Assembly: GCA_964016885.1 (NCBI GenBank) | Contig: OZ024741.1 | Location: 239,010,001 to 239,074,000 of the forward strand | DNA: 64,000 bases | From: Eledone cirrhosa | Lineage: Eukaryota | Direction of reading: 5' to 3' | Part shown: positions 27,829 through 42,869 of the stretch, in pieces | Layout: each line of letters opens with the position of its first letter | Position numbering within the stretch: position 1 is the stretch's first letter | Made by a program: the position numbers and the translations under genes | The notes under the pieces: model-generated | The model's database searches: none | What the model was told of the DNA's origin: nothing | The model's input: the letters and a program-made list of their open reading frames with translations, nothing else

Positions 27829-30800
27829 ATGTATGTATTATTTATGTATGTATTATTTATGTATGTGCTATACATGTATGTGTTATATATGTGTGTGTTA
27901 TATATGTATGTGCTATATATGTATGTGCTATATATGTATGTGCTATACATGTATGTGCTATATATGTATGTGCTATATATGTATGTGTTATATATGTATG
28001 TGCTATACATGTCTGTGTTATATATGTATGTGTTATATATGTATGTGCTATACATGTATGTGCTATATATGTATGTGCTATATATGTATGTGCTATACAT
28101 GTATGTGCTATACATGTATGTGTTATATATGTATGTGTTATATATGTATGTGCTATATATGTATGTGCTATACATGTCTGTGTTATATATGTATGTGTTA
28201 TATATGTATGTGTTATATATGTATGTGCTATATATGTATGTGCTATACATGTATGTGTTATATATGTATGTGTTATATATGTATGTGTTATATATGTATG
28301 TGCTATATATGTATGTGCTATACATGTCTGTGTTATATATGTATGTGTTATATATGTATGTGCTATATATGTATGTGCTATATATGTATGTGCTATATAT
28401 GTATGTGCTATACATGTATGTGCTATACATGTATGTGTTATATATGTATGTGTTATATATGTATGTGCTATATATGTATGTGCTATACATGTATGTGTTA
28501 TATATGTATGTGTTATATATGTATGTGTTATATATGTATGTGCTATATATGTATGTGCGATACATGTATGTGCTATACATGTATGTGTTATATATGTATG
28601 TGCTATATATGTATGTGTTATATATGTATGTGCTATATATGTATGTGCTATATATGTATGTGCTATACATGTATGTGCTATATATGTATGTGCTATATAT
28701 GTGTGTGTTATATATGTATGTGCTATATATGTATGTGCTATACATCTATGTGTTATATATGTATGTGCTATATATGTGTGTGCTATATATGTATGTGTTA
28801 TATATGTATGTGCTATATATGTATGTGCTATACATCTATGTGTTATATATGTATGTGCTATATATGTGTGTGCTATATATGTATGTGTTATATATGTATG
28901 TGCTATATATGTATGTGCTATATATGTATGTGCTATACATGTATGTGTTATATATGTATGTGCTATACATGTATGTGCTATACATGTATGTGTTATATAT
29001 GTATGTGCTATACATGTATGTGTTATATATGTATGTGCTATATATGTATGTGCTATACATGTATGTGCTATATATGTATGTGCTATATATGTTTGGGTTA
29101 TATATGTATGTGTTATATATGTATGTGCTATACATGTATGTGCTATATATGTATGTGTTATATATGTATGTGCTATATATGTATGTGCTATACATGTATG
29201 TGCTATATATGTATGTGCTATATATGTATGTGCTATACATGTATGTGTTATATATGTATGTGCTACACATGTATGTGTTATATATGTATGTGCTATATAT
29301 GTATGTGCTATACATGTATGTGCTATATATGTATGTGCTATATATGTATGTGTTATATATGTATGTGCTATACATGTATGTGCTATACATGTATGTGTTA
29401 TATATGTATGTGCTACACATGTCTGTGTTATATATGTATGTGTTATATATGTATGTGCTATACATGTATGTGCTATATATGTATGTGCTATATATGTATG
29501 TGCTATACATGTATGTGCTATACATGTATGTGTTATATATGTATGTGTTATATATGTATGTGCTATATATGTATGTGCTATACATGTATGTGTTATATAT
29601 GTATGTGTTATATATGTATGTGTTATATATGTATGTGCTATATATGTATGTGCTATATATGTATGTGTTATATATGTATGTGCTATATATGTATGTGTTA
29701 TACATGTATGTGCTATACATGTATGTGTTATATATGTATGTGCTATATATGTATGTGCTATACATGTATGTGCTATATATGTATGTGCTATATATATGTT
29801 TGGGTTATATATGTATGTGTTATATATGTATGTTTTATATATGTATGTGTTATATATGTATGTGTTATATATGTATGTGCTATATATGTATGTGCTATAT
29901 ATGTATGTGTTATATATGTATGTGCTATATATGTATGTGCTATACATGTATGTGTTATATATGTATGTGCTATATATGTATGTGCTATACATGTATGTAT
30001 TATTTATGTATGTGCTATACATGTATGTGTTATATATGTATGTGCTATACATGTATGTGTTATACATGTATGTGCTATATATGTATGTGTTATATATGTA
30101 TGTGCTATATATGTATGTGCTATATATGTATGTGTTATATATGTATGTGCTATATATGTATGTGCTATATATGTATGTGTTATATATGTATGTGCTATAT
30201 ATGTATGTGTTATATATGTATGTGCTATACATGTATGTGTTATATATGTATGTGTTATATATGTATCTGCTATACGTGTATGTATTATTTATGTATGTGC
30301 TATATATGTATGTTATATATGTATGTGCTATATATGTATGTGCTATACATGTATGTATTATTTATGTATGTGCTATATATGTATGTGCTATATATGTATG
30401 TGCTATACATGTATGTGCTATATATGTATGTGTTATATATGTATGTGCTATATATGTATGTGCTATATATGTATGTGTTATATATGTATGTGCTATATAT
30501 GTATGTGCTATATATGTATGTGTTATATATGTATGTGCTATATATGTATGTGCTATATATGTATGTGCTATACATCTATGTGTTATATATGTATGTGCTA
30601 TATATGTGTGTGTTATATATGTATGTGCTATATATGTATGTGCTATATATGTATGTGCTATACATGTATGTGTTATATATGTATGTGCTATATATGTATG
30701 TGCTATACATGTATGTATTATTTATGTATGTGCTATACATGTATGTGTTATATATGTATGTGCTATATATGTATGTGTTATATATGTATGTGCTATATAT

Positions 30801-32375
30801 GTATGTGCTATACATGTATGTGTTTTATATGTATGTGTTATATATGTATGTGTTATATATGTATGTGCTATATATGTATGTGTTATATATGTATGTGCTA
30901 TACATGTATGTGTTATATATGTATGTGTTATATATGTATGTGTTATATATGTATGTGTTATATATGTATGTGCTATATATGTATGTGCTATACATGTATG
31001 TGTTATATATGTATGTGTTATATATGTATGTGTTATATATGTATGTGCTATATATGTATGTGTTATATATGTATGTGTTATATATGTATGTGCTATATAT
31101 GTATGTGTTATATATGTATGTGCTATACATGTATGTGTTATATATGTATGTGTTATATATGTATGTGTTATATATGTATGTGTTATATATGTATGTGCTA
31201 TACATGTATGTGTTATATATGTATGTGTTATATATGTATGTGTTATATATGTATGTGTTATATATGTATGTGTTATATATGTATGTGTTATATATGTATG
31301 TGCTATATATGTATGTGCTATATATGTATGTGCTATATATGTATGTGTTATATATGTATGTGCTATATATGTATGTACTATATATGTATGTGCTATACAT
31401 GTATGTGTTTTATATGTATGTGTTATATATGTATGTGTTATATATGTATGTGTTATATATGTATGTGTTATATATGTATGTGTTATATATGTATGTGTTA
31501 TATATGTATGTGTTATATATGTATGTGCTATATATGTATGTGCTATACATGTATGTGCTATATATGTATGTGTTATATATGTATGTGTTATATATGTATG
31601 TGTTATATATGTATGTATTATTTATGTATGTGCTATACATGTATGTGTTATATATGTGTGTTCTATATATGTATGTGTTATATAAGTATGTGTTATATAT
31701 GTATGTGCTATACATGTATGTGTTATATATGTATGTGCTATATATGTATGTGTTATATATGTATGTGCTATATATGTATGTGTTATATATGTATGTGTTA
31801 TATATGTATGTGCTATATATGTGTGTGTTATATATGTATGTGCTATATATGTATGTGCTATACATGTATGTGTTATATATGTATGTGCTATACATGTATG
31901 TGCTATATATGTATGTGCTATATATGTATGTGCTATACATGTATGTGTTATATATGTATGTGCTATATATGTATGTGTTATATATGTATGTGTTATATAT
32001 GTATGTGTTATATATGTATGTACTATATATGTATGTGCTATATATGTATGTGCTATATATGTATGTGTTATATATGTATGTGCTATATATGTATGTGCTA
32101 TATATGTATGTGTTATATATGTACGTGCTATATATGTATGTGCTATATATGTATGTGTTATATATGTATGTGCTATATATGTATGTGCTATATATGTATG
32201 TGCTATATATGTATGTGTTATATATGTATGTGCTATATATGTATGTGCTATATATGTATGTGTTATATATGTATGTACTATATATGTATGTGCTGTATAT
32301 GTATGTGCTATATATGTATGTGCTATATATGTATGTGTTATATATGTATGTGTTATATATGTATGTGCTATATGT
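27829..32375. repeat. 15-bp satellite TAYATGTATGTGYTA, about 300 copies, decaying to TG-rich repeats until ~32830
   Basis: The period-15 tandem is directly visible. It explains the 1300-1650 aa pseudo-ORFs. Confidence 0.98.
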
Positions 32376-33603
32376 GTGTGTGTGCTATATGTGTGTGTGC
32401 TATATTTGTGTGTGCGTGTGCGTATGCATTGTGTATGCATGTACACTGTGTACACATGACGTATGTGTGTGTGCTGTGTGTGTGTATGTGTGCTAAGTCT
32501 CTGTTGTGTATGTGCTGTGTGTGTATGCGTTGTGTATGTGCTGTGTGTGTATGTGTTGTGTATGTGCTGTGTGTGTATGTGTTGTGTATGTGCTCTGTGT
32601 CTGTGTTGTGTATGTGTTGTGTGTGTGTTGTGTATGTGCTGTGTGTGTATGTGTTGTGTATGTGCTGTGTGTGTGTGTTGTGTATGTGTTGTGTGAGTAT
32701 GCGTTGTGTATGTGCTGTGTGTGTATGTGTTGTGTATGTGCTGTGTGTGTTGTGTATGTGTTGTGTATGTGCTGTGTGTGTGTGTTGTGTATGTGTTGTG
32801 TGAGTATGTGTTGTGTATGTGCTGTGTGTGCATGCATCTGTGTTGTATGTGCCATACGTGTGCAAATGACACATACATATAATCTTATATCAACCTTTAT
32901 TCAGTGCTAAGACTTATACGAGGTCAGATCTGTATGCATGTGTGTATGTGTGTGTGTGTGTGTGTGCGCCTGTGTGGGGGGGGGGGGGCATGTGTGTATG
33001 TGATGAGTATGTATCCAGGAAAGAAAGAGATAAACGAACTCTTTTCTTGATCTTAACTTATATCATGATTTACAATATAATTCCTATTACTTTTACAAAA
33101 GAAGTATGGACACAATAATAATAATTAAGTTGCTGAAGCATAAATTGATGATGATAATGATGATGATGGTGATCGTGATGATGATGATGATGATGATGAT
33201 TCATTGGGAGAAAGCTACATATTTTGGTGAAGGATATAACTGATTATATCAACTACAATACTTGACTGCTGCTTATTGTTTAAAATACTGGAAGTTTAAA
33301 AGGTTAAGTTAACCCTGCAGGATTTGAACTCAGAATGTGAAGAGATAGGAATAAATATCACAAGACCTTTTATCCAATGCTCTAACGATTCTGCCATTCA
33401 AGCACCTTAATGAAGTTTATATCTTTATTTGCTACCAGGGCAACAAAGATGCAACATTATAAAGTAATAGAAAACAAGAAATGTGTGCCTATGTGTGTGG
33501 CTGTGTGTGTGGCTGCGTGTGTATGTTGTTATACTTTGGATGGGTCATGCTGCCAATAAAAACACATGTACCTATGAGTTTCACTTCAGTTTTATTATTA
33601 GTC

Positions 33604-33981
33604 AGGGCGGTGGATTGGCAAAATCAATAGAGCATCAGACAACATGCTTAGTGGCATAGAGTTACAGCTCTTTACGTTCTGAATTCAAATCCCACCAAGG
33701 TTAGCTTTGCCTTTCATCCTTATGGGGTTGATAATAAAATGTACCAGTAATGCACTGGGGTCGATTTAACTGACTTTTCCTTTCCCCCAAAATTGCTGGC
33801 CTTGTGTTTAAAGCAGGCAGTATCGGTAGAGGGTCGGACGCCATGCTTTGCAGCACAGTTACGTCCCTTTATGGACTGAGTTCAAATCTTGCCGAGGTTA
33901 ACTTTGGGGTCGATAAAATAAAGTACCAGTAATACACTGGGATAATTGCTGGCCTTGTGCCAAAAAGTAGAAACAATTATT
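33604..33981 (+). mobile_element. Two adjacent SINE family 2 copies (one older, one younger)
   Basis: Two B boxes and two ATTGCTGGCCTTGTG tails. Confidence 0.8.
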
Positions 33982-36779
33982 AGTTAGGTAGGTAATCCTG
34001 TCATTGGTTGGTTTAGTAATCAACAATTTTCAAAGCTCTTTCATCACACATTTTGTGATCTTCTCACAGACTATTTTGGCTCTTTGTGTCTCCTTTCATT
34101 TTAAATGTTGTTCTACTTATTCCATTTTAAATCAAAACAAAAAAGAGACACAGAGGGTCAAAATAGAAGGTCACAGAATGTGTGAGGAAAGAGCCTTAAA
34201 TAAACATCCAGTTACTAAACTAACTAAGGAATGGGTTAGTTACCTGAGAAATAGTAAAATGGAAGTGAAACTCTACTGGTGTATATGCTTTTATTGACAG
34301 CATAACAATAATGCTTTCAATACAGTCTCACAATAATTGCAAAATAAATACAAAGGGTTGAGAGGACCCTTTAGTTGTGTCAAGGACATGGCAACCTGCC
34401 TAGTGCTAGTGATCTACACAATAAAAGCACCCAGTACACACTGTGGTTGGTGTTAGGAAAGGCATTCAGCCATAGAACACTTGCCAAACAAGGGATTGGG
34501 AAGACCCTTCAGCTTTTGTCAAAAGGCATGACTTCTCCTACTTCGATAGAACATATGACCATATGTAAGCAAGATGCCAATACCTCAGCCTGTCTGGAAG
34601 TCAGTAACCCTATTTCAATACTGACTTGGTCTATGTAGACCCATCCAACCTTTGCTAGCAGAGAAAGTGGAACTTAAACAGTGATGATGATGATGGTATA
34701 TTATCACTGTTTAACATCTATTTTCCATGCTTCCATACACACATCTTTAGTCAGTGAATAATAATAAATTTATTAATGCTAAAAGGGGAAAGCCACTAAG
34801 GAAAGCTTGGGGTACTCTTGAAATTTCAGTCCTCCACAGACATCTTTCTGACAAACTTCTAGGCCAAATAAGATCGAACCCATTTATCAATAGCAAAACT
34901 ATCCCCATTCAGTTACCCCAGTCACACTTCATGAATTTTACTTGAGGGCAAGACAAATCTCTCAATCATATCTTCTACTCCAAGAAGATACAAGACAAAA
35001 GAGATGGGATGAGGGTTGGATTAACCATTAACCCTTTTAGTGCCAACCCACCTGAAACTGCCCTTGGTTTTATAATACAAAACTACTTGTTTTAAAGTGT
35101 TCATATTTAAATTAAAGCTTTCCACCGTAATCTTATGTATGTACCTGTAGTGATGCTACTTGCCTTTGGCGTATTTATAAGCTATTTGTGTGTGATTTGG
35201 CTAAGTCAGGCCAATCGTAAGCCATGCATGAATATATATTCCAACATCTGCCCAAACAAAGATTTTCCCATTTCTTTTGTATATACTCTCTCTTGCTGCT
35301 TTAATCGTGGAAAAGTAAACACCATTTGTCTTTTGCCGTTCAACCACTAGCCAATATGTAACGACAACAACATAACTATGGCCTGGCCAGCACCTCGGCC
35401 AGTCGACCATACCTTCTTAACTTTTAATTTGTTTGTTACTAATTGTTTGACATGTCAGCCCAACTTAATTCAACTCTGTAATTTAGTTGTAAATAAAAAC
35501 ATGTAAAAATGTTATCAAAGACTTTACGACTATATCAACAAACATTCACTTTCTGCTAATATTTACTGTTACAATAACATTTTGCTGCTACACAAAACTA
35601 CATTTTCTGGCTAGTAAAACAATACCTCTAACTGCTGTAAACTTTTTATTGTGTTCCAAACACCTATTTAATAACAAGAAATTCCTCCTAATTCTGAATT
35701 ATTTGCAAAATAAACTGGAGCACTTGGGTTATGAATTTCATTAGAAATATGGAAACAAAAGGGTTAAGGAAAATAAATACATGTTTAGGGGATTAAGAGA
35801 AGACGGGCACTATTTTATTCAAATTAATTGCATTTGCCAATAAAAAAATCTTTTACAGACTTTATATATGGGGAGTACCTTAATCTTTTAAGTGGTTAGA
35901 ATCTCAGGACTTAACCCAGCACTGGGTGAGAGTTTTAAATAAATGTCTCATGCTAAAAAGTTAAAGTCTGTCTTAAACCTAAAGGTTTCATGGTTTCATG
36001 TAGCATTAATTGACTAAACAGTACAAGACAAAATGCCAGTCCATTACATGGTTAACCACACCTTTTATTTTTTCAGCTGAGTGAACTAGAACACAGTGAA
36101 ATGAAATGCCTTGCTCAAGGGCACAATACGTCACCAAGTGTGACGATTGAACTCATGAGCTTTCGATGACTTAAACACAAAAGGAATGACTAAATTGGGG
36201 GGGAGGGTGATATCATCACTAATTGTATTTACCTCAATATGTAACTGGTTGTTATTGATTCTAATTAAGGCAGTGGATTGTCTGAATCATTAGAACACCA
36301 AGGAAATATTGTAAAGTATTTGTTTCAGCTCTTTACATTCCAAGTTCAAATTCTGCCAGTCAACTTTGCTTTTCATTCTTCTTGGGTTGATATAATCAAC
36401 ACTCTCCGCCCCCAAATTGAAACCCTTATCAATCCTAATGTATTATTATTTATTCATATTAATCTCACCAAAGAAGACACTACACAGTTGTTTGCCTTGA
36501 TAGGAACAATAACCAAATTCCATCAAATAACACCCTGCCACTTAAAAAAAGAAGGAACACAATAGATATGTATGCAGTTAGGTATACAAAAAAGATAGGA
36601 TCATCACAGTTGGAATGTCTTTGAGTTGGAATGTCAGTTTGAGCAGGGTTCACGTTGAGGCTAAAAAAAAAATAGTTTGTTCTTATTGGTCCCACTGAAG
36701 TCTTTAGTTGGATTTGAATTCAGAATAAGGAAATACAAAATTAGATAACAAAACAAGATCTAATCTATTCATTATTTAT

Positions 36780-37312
36780 GATGTCCATCCTCTGGATCTG
36801 ACTATCAGCTGACTCCAGTGTGAAGATAACCTCACTATGTTCTTTTAACCAGGAAGGGCAGACAGTTTTCCTGTCTGGTAGCTATGAGGGAAAAGGTTGT
36901 GAGGTGGATGAGACTAAAAGCACTCACAATGGCTTTTTCTAGTTCCACTTGGAAAAGAAGGTGATGGTGGAGAGGAAAGTGCTACCTGCTTCTCCAGTAT
37001 ATTTTTTAAAAGGTTGGTGAATGTAGCAACAGTGGCCTGAGTAAATGGACTTCCTCTAAGCATGCACCTCTAAGATGGAGCAACAAAAGAGAGGGGGCAC
37101 TTCTCTAGGTACTCTTAGCAATTGAAGAGATCTTGACCAGTAGGGTTTCTAGGTTACCCCAGGATGGTACTCCTTCCTATTCTGTTGTTATTAACTTGTT
37201 ACTTTGTGACCTGTTTTTCCTGTTTACTTAATTTATGTAAGTCCCTACTTTCACTGTCTATTTGTATTGTCCTTAATGTTTCAGTCCTAATGGTCAATAA
37301 AGACATTATTAT
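36780..37312 (+). mobile_element. Probable decayed LINE 3' end (L1/Tx1-like)
   Basis: Degenerate frame FHLEKKVMVERKVL...VNVA, then a T-rich UTR, AATAAA and an (ATT)n tail. Confidence 0.35.
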
Positions 37313-37793
37313 TACGTCCATCTCCACTAATGATACTACTAATAATAATGGTTTCTAAGTTAGGCAAAAGCCCAGCAATTTGGGAAAAGAGGAAATTTAA
37401 TTATATTGACCTCATGTTTTTCACTGGTGCTTTATTTTATTGACCCCAAAAAGAATGAAAAACAAAGTTGATCTTGATAGGATTTGAACTTAGAATATAA
37501 AAAGCTAGCACAAATACTGCACTTTAATAATTCAGTCAATCCGCTGCCCTATAATAATGATGATGATAAGGATCACGATGATGGTGATGATGATTATAAC
37601 CATGTTGAAACAAACGGCTCTGTTTTGATTTAAAGAGCATGTGGTTTGTCATCTGGATTAATTAGATTTTGTGTCCAGCATAGGAAAAAAGGAAACATAT
37701 TGCTTCTCATTTAATATTTTCTGATAGCCTTTCTATATTATAAAATGTTCCTGGGATATTGACTTCTCCAGCCCTATAATACTGCTATAGTTA

Positions 37794-37842
<49 letters not shown>

Positions 37843-38743
37843 TAGCGAGTGATTTAAGATTTTTTCAATATATTTCTTCCATGTTTATGTCTCAAAACTG
37901 CAAGATATCATCAACAGCAGTGAAATGTGATCAAGGTGGGATGCTTTATGTTTTTGACAGCTTAATATCATAAACGCCCCACCGCCACCCCTCACATGCC
38001 CAGCCCTCATGTGGAGGTGGAGGGAGGCTCACCCCCTCCCCCTTCCAACTCTACCTGACATATGTCTCATGAGCAGCAAAACAACCAGATATATTGATTT
38101 CCCTGGATGGACAATTTATTATTTATTACTATATTTATTGTTGTTATTGTTGTTGCTGTTGTTATTGTGGCCTTATTTTGTTTTGTTTTTGTTATTTAAT
38201 TATTTTCCTTGTATGAATAGATTTTTTTGTGGAGGGGTTGTTTTGATTTGATATTGTCTATTTGTTTATAGTAATGGAGATGGCTCTGATGCCTGTTGGC
38301 TGCCATGTCTTTATTATGACCATATCTCTCATTTCCCAGACTTCATATCCCCCACCCCTCTCTCCCCTTTCCTCCCAGCTGCTATCAACTTATTACTAGA
38401 TATATTTTTTTTTGGAACATTTATTCCTAATTGATTACTACTTACACACACTGAACATCTTATTGTAAAGGTTTAATGATACTTGAACCTGCATAAAATA
38501 TAACACACAAACACATTGACATACATACATACATATACATACACACTCACACATGTATATATGCATACATACATGTACATTTTATACAATTCTTGCTAGC
38601 AGGAAAAACGGAGGATGATGATAATAAATAAATATATTTATATCATCACCAATAGCATCATCATCATTGTTTAACATCCGTTTTCCCTGCTAGCAAGGGT
38701 TGGACTCGTCCATAGCAGGGAAAACAGACATTAAATGATGATG

Positions 38744-38798
<55 letters not shown>

Positions 38799-39611
38799 TA
38801 AAGTTAGTCCTTCATCAGTGATCTTCCAACCATCATTGGTATTTCATCGCTTTAAAGACCATATACCTCCGGTTGGTGCGAGCAACGGCTAAAAAAATTC
38901 GTTGGGATACGTAAATAAAGGGGACACGAGTGTAAACAAACAAAGATAGTGAAGCAATGAAAAGTGAGGAAGAAGGAGACAAGTCCCAAGTTTCTATGAA
39001 TATAAATTCGGTGAAATCGTGAACGAGAGAGAATAAAGACCATCAAACCTGGTTGGAATGTGAGCAAGGAAGGAATTCCGTACAGGTCTAACGGGAGGAA
39101 GAAGGGATCTAGTCTGTGAATTCGGTGAACGTAAGTTCTGTGAAATCGTAGACGAGAGAGAGAAAAAAGCGACCTGCCAGACCAAGGGTGCGAAAGAAAA
39201 GAATTACGCACAGGTCAAACGGGAAGAAGGAGGAGGAGGAGAGGTAGTAACAGAGAATGAGTGAGTGAAGGGTGAGAAAGAGGCTAACAGAGAGAGTGAC
39301 TGCTAGAGAGGGTAAAGATACAGAGAAAGAGGAAGCAGTAAGAACGAAATAGACGGGTCACAGCGAGGAAAAAAATATGTGTAAATATGAGAATATATAT
39401 ATACACACATATATATATATATGTGTGTGTATAAGACCACATTTAAGCATTATAGAGGTGTATATAAAAACATATATAAACGTATATGGTATGTTTACAT
39501 ACAATAAACATGGGTTGACAAAGAAAAATATTTTATTGTAATAGAACAAAATGAAACAAAATGAAATAAATTGTATTTTTTTCTATTTTACTCTGTGAAT
39601 ATATCACAGAG

Positions 39612-39696
39612 ATGCCAGTATGTTTTGAGAATGTCTGACAGTGCTGTTTCAAGATTTAGGCTTTCATCAGTGACACTCAATAAGACATACTGGCAT
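39612..39696 (-). ncRNA. Type-I hammerhead ribozyme with long stem I
   Basis: Minus strand reads ATGCCAGTATGT..TTGAG.TGTCA-CTGATGA-AAG/CTT-GAAA-CAGCACTG-TC-AGACA..CTCAA.ACATACTGGCAT. Confidence 0.85.
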
Positions 39697-39938
39697 GAAA
39701 TAGCCAGAAATATATATATATATAACAAAATATCATAGTATATATGATATCATATGTACCACCTCTTCTACGGCTTCGATATAAATACCCCCTCCGCCTC
39801 CGTGGTATTTTTTTCGGGGTTATAAGAGGCTTAGCTCTGTTTCTTGACCGTTGTATCACGTGACTATCTCCCCCTCCGCCTTTTAGGATTCTTTCTCACA
39901 TCATATAGACGCGTTCTTGAAGCTAGTAAAACGAGGTA

Positions 39939-40028
39939 TCCTGTTGATAAGTCGGCAGACTTCGCAAAAGCTCTATATCTTTATGATGTATTGTTTTTGT
40001 TTATGCCACGAAACTACGTAGTTGAGGA
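39939..40028 (+). ncRNA. Decayed hammerhead with long stem II
   Basis: TCCTG-TTGATAA-GTCGGC...GCCAC-GAAA-CTACGTAG-TT-GAGGA. Stem III is palindromic. Confidence 0.55.
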
Positions 40029-40263
40029 ATCTAGAAGCAGTTTAGGTATGATACATTTTATTACTAATTATATCTAAATGTTTCTTCTCTCTTCATAATG
40101 TACTTTTAGCTCTGATACTGGTTCAGTCTAATCCAACCGGATTGGTCTGTCCCAGTTATTCATAGAGCAACATCGGTTAAGGTTGGCACCATTAACTCAA
40201 GGATGGATGTGGATATATTCATGTATATGTGTGTGTCCGCATGTATCTGTGTGTTTCTAAATG

Positions 40264-40300
<37 letters not shown>

Positions 40301-40301
40301 A

Positions 40302-40855
40302 CATCATCATCACCATTTTATGTCTGCTTTTCCATGCTTGCATTGATTTTCCAGGTCTTTTCCTGCACATCCTTATATATATATATGAGTCTCAGAGATT
40401 TGAAGTCATCTCGCACCATTTCTGCCCAGGTCTTTCTCTGTCTACCTCTACTGTGGCTTCCTTCCACTCACGTTTCCTGACACTTCTTCACCCAATGATC
40501 ATCCTCCATGTGCATCACATGTCAACACAGATGCAGTCTTCTCTCCTTGGATTCCTCTTAAATCCAACTTCTCCATCAGTTCATCCAAGCTCTGCCTTTC
40601 TCCTGCATTCACATTGCACAGCCAACAAATTGGCTGCTTCATTTCTCTCCAATCTATGCATGTCTTCTGCAGCCACTGCTCATGTTTCACAGCCATGTAG
40701 CATCGCACTTTGCACACAGGCATCATATAGTTGTCCTTTTGTACATAGGAAGAAACCTTTTGTGGTCAACAGTGGGTGCAGCACTCTGAACTTTTTCCAT
40801 CCTATCCTTAATTTAGCTATTATATTATCAGACCACTTTTCCTCTGCTGCTAATT
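40302..40855 (-). mobile_element. RTE LINE 3' fragment with the same tail as SINE family 1
   Basis: Minus-strand translation RIGWKKFR..LTTKGF..LYDACVQSAMLHGCET. Tail tgcaagcatggaaaagcagacataaaatggtgatgatg. Confidence 0.8.
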
Positions 40856-41346
40856 AAAGCAGTTCTGGGCTGACATTACAAAGGGTATTTAGTCATAGTA
40901 TACTGGCTGAAAAATTCTCATCCACCCTATGCCAGTATGGAAAAGCGGATGTAAAAATGATGATGATATTGATGATGATTTTGATGAATCTCTCTAACCT
41001 TCATCTTTAACACAAGCTAAACCTCAGCCTTGATCAACACATCGATAAAACATTGTTAACCTCAAAACCATAAAACATTACTAAAATATAAAGCCGCTGA
41101 GTTTATTGATAAACCATATAAGAAACTTTGTTTCAACTCCCAACTTCCAACCAACCCCTAAAATATCATTCTTTATTCCCCGATTATATTTCAAAGATGT
41201 AAAACACATATTTTATGATATTGAGAATTTAAAAGCAAAGTTATTAACTTAAATGTAAAGTTACTAACTTATTGGCAGGGGTCATCATATTTAAAGTTCA
41301 TAGCAGAAAAAGTATTGATTTTCTTCTATTTATTTATTTATGTATT

Positions 41347-41378
<32 letters not shown>

Positions 41379-41385
41379 CACACAT

Positions 41386-41437
<52 letters not shown>

Positions 41438-41679
41438 TTATACACACATGCACACATATAAAACTAGAGCTGCTTATCAGAGATTTGAACCTATTTTCTT
41501 TAATATTGGAAACCAATAATTGAAGTGTAGTCTACAATCTCGAGTTATCAGTGAACATTTTAACCTACTTTACAACACTCATTCAAAGTGTTCCATACTT
41601 TATGGACATTAACATACAGTAAACAACTGAACAATTGATTGACTAATGAAGTCTTATTGAAGAGTTAATTCTATATTTG

Positions 41680-42110
41680 GTCACCACCATCACTACTATC
41701 ATCCCTATCCCTAGTGCCATCAACACTATCACCACTTCTTCTATAACCACCTCCTCTATAACCACCTCCTCTATAACCACGACCACTAGCTTTACCAACA
41801 TTAACACTACTCCTATAACCACCACCACCACCAACCCTATCAAGAACACCACTGATGTCATCATGACCACCACCACTAGTAGTACCAACACTATCATCAC
41901 TGCCTCTATAACTACCAGCCCCACCACTTTCACCATTACCTCTATAACCCCCACCACTATAACTAACAACATCCCTACAACCACTAATATCCCTGCCAGT
42001 ACCAACAACCCTACTACCACAACACCAAACATCAGCCATACCGTTCACACAACTACCAGAATCATCTAAAGCCAACAACAACCATGATCATAACTACCAC
42101 TATTATAATA
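41680..42110. repeat. Degenerate (ACC/ACT)n low-complexity tract
   Basis: Trinucleotide periodicity that yields Thr-, Val- and Gly-rich pseudo-ORFs. Confidence 0.85.
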
Positions 42111-42869
42111 AGCTTGCCATTGATTCAACTGAAGTTATAGCCATTATCATTACCATCTCCAATATCAATATCACCAAATATATCTTCCTTCATCTTCAAC
42201 CTCACCCTCACCTCCATGAGAATCTTCAACATTATCCCATCTGCTATCCCGTCACTGTCATCATGATCAACATCATTTTGAAGTCAGCTTTTCCATCTTG
42301 TATAGAAACCTTGTATAATGTTATTAGTTGTAAATTCCTGCTTCTCTCCCACCTATACACAAGACAAAGGTATGTGAATAAGAACTAGTGTTTTAATCAT
42401 GATATCAAGGGGGCCTTTACATGGTCACTCGATTTGCTTGAAATCGTAGTCAAATCTCCTTCAAATGCCATCTGATGTTCCTTCAGTGTTCTATTTTCTA
42501 TCTGATCTTGTTCTCAAATGTTATCCCTTTGACTGAGTGAAAATTATTGGTACTCTTCACCTTCACATTCATTTGGTCACTGATTTGGTTGTTTAGTGAT
42601 TGGTTATTTTCAACTCTGCAGAAACTAAGCTTCTTTTGATACCAACCTACATGAAGCCACACCTGTTCTATGATAGAAAATTACATTAACTAAGGTTACA
42701 AATAATGTAAAAGTTAGTTATTTTATTAAATTGCTCAAAGGTTTTGATTACTTTCAAGATAACTGAAATGCATTGGAAATATGGTAACAAAAAGGTTAAA
42801 GCTAGAACTTTGGGGATGCTTTCATTTCTATGTCCAATACTGTTTTTCCAGAGTCTTCCTGTCTTCATC

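Noticed and set aside
27654-32910. Giant ORFs of 1343-1656 aa
   Set aside because: They are translations of a 15-bp satellite that is open in every plus frame, with no protein-like complexity.
41643-42081. Mucin-like Thr-rich or GGGYR-rich proteins
   Set aside because: Degenerate trinucleotide repeat open on both strands, with no convincing splice context.
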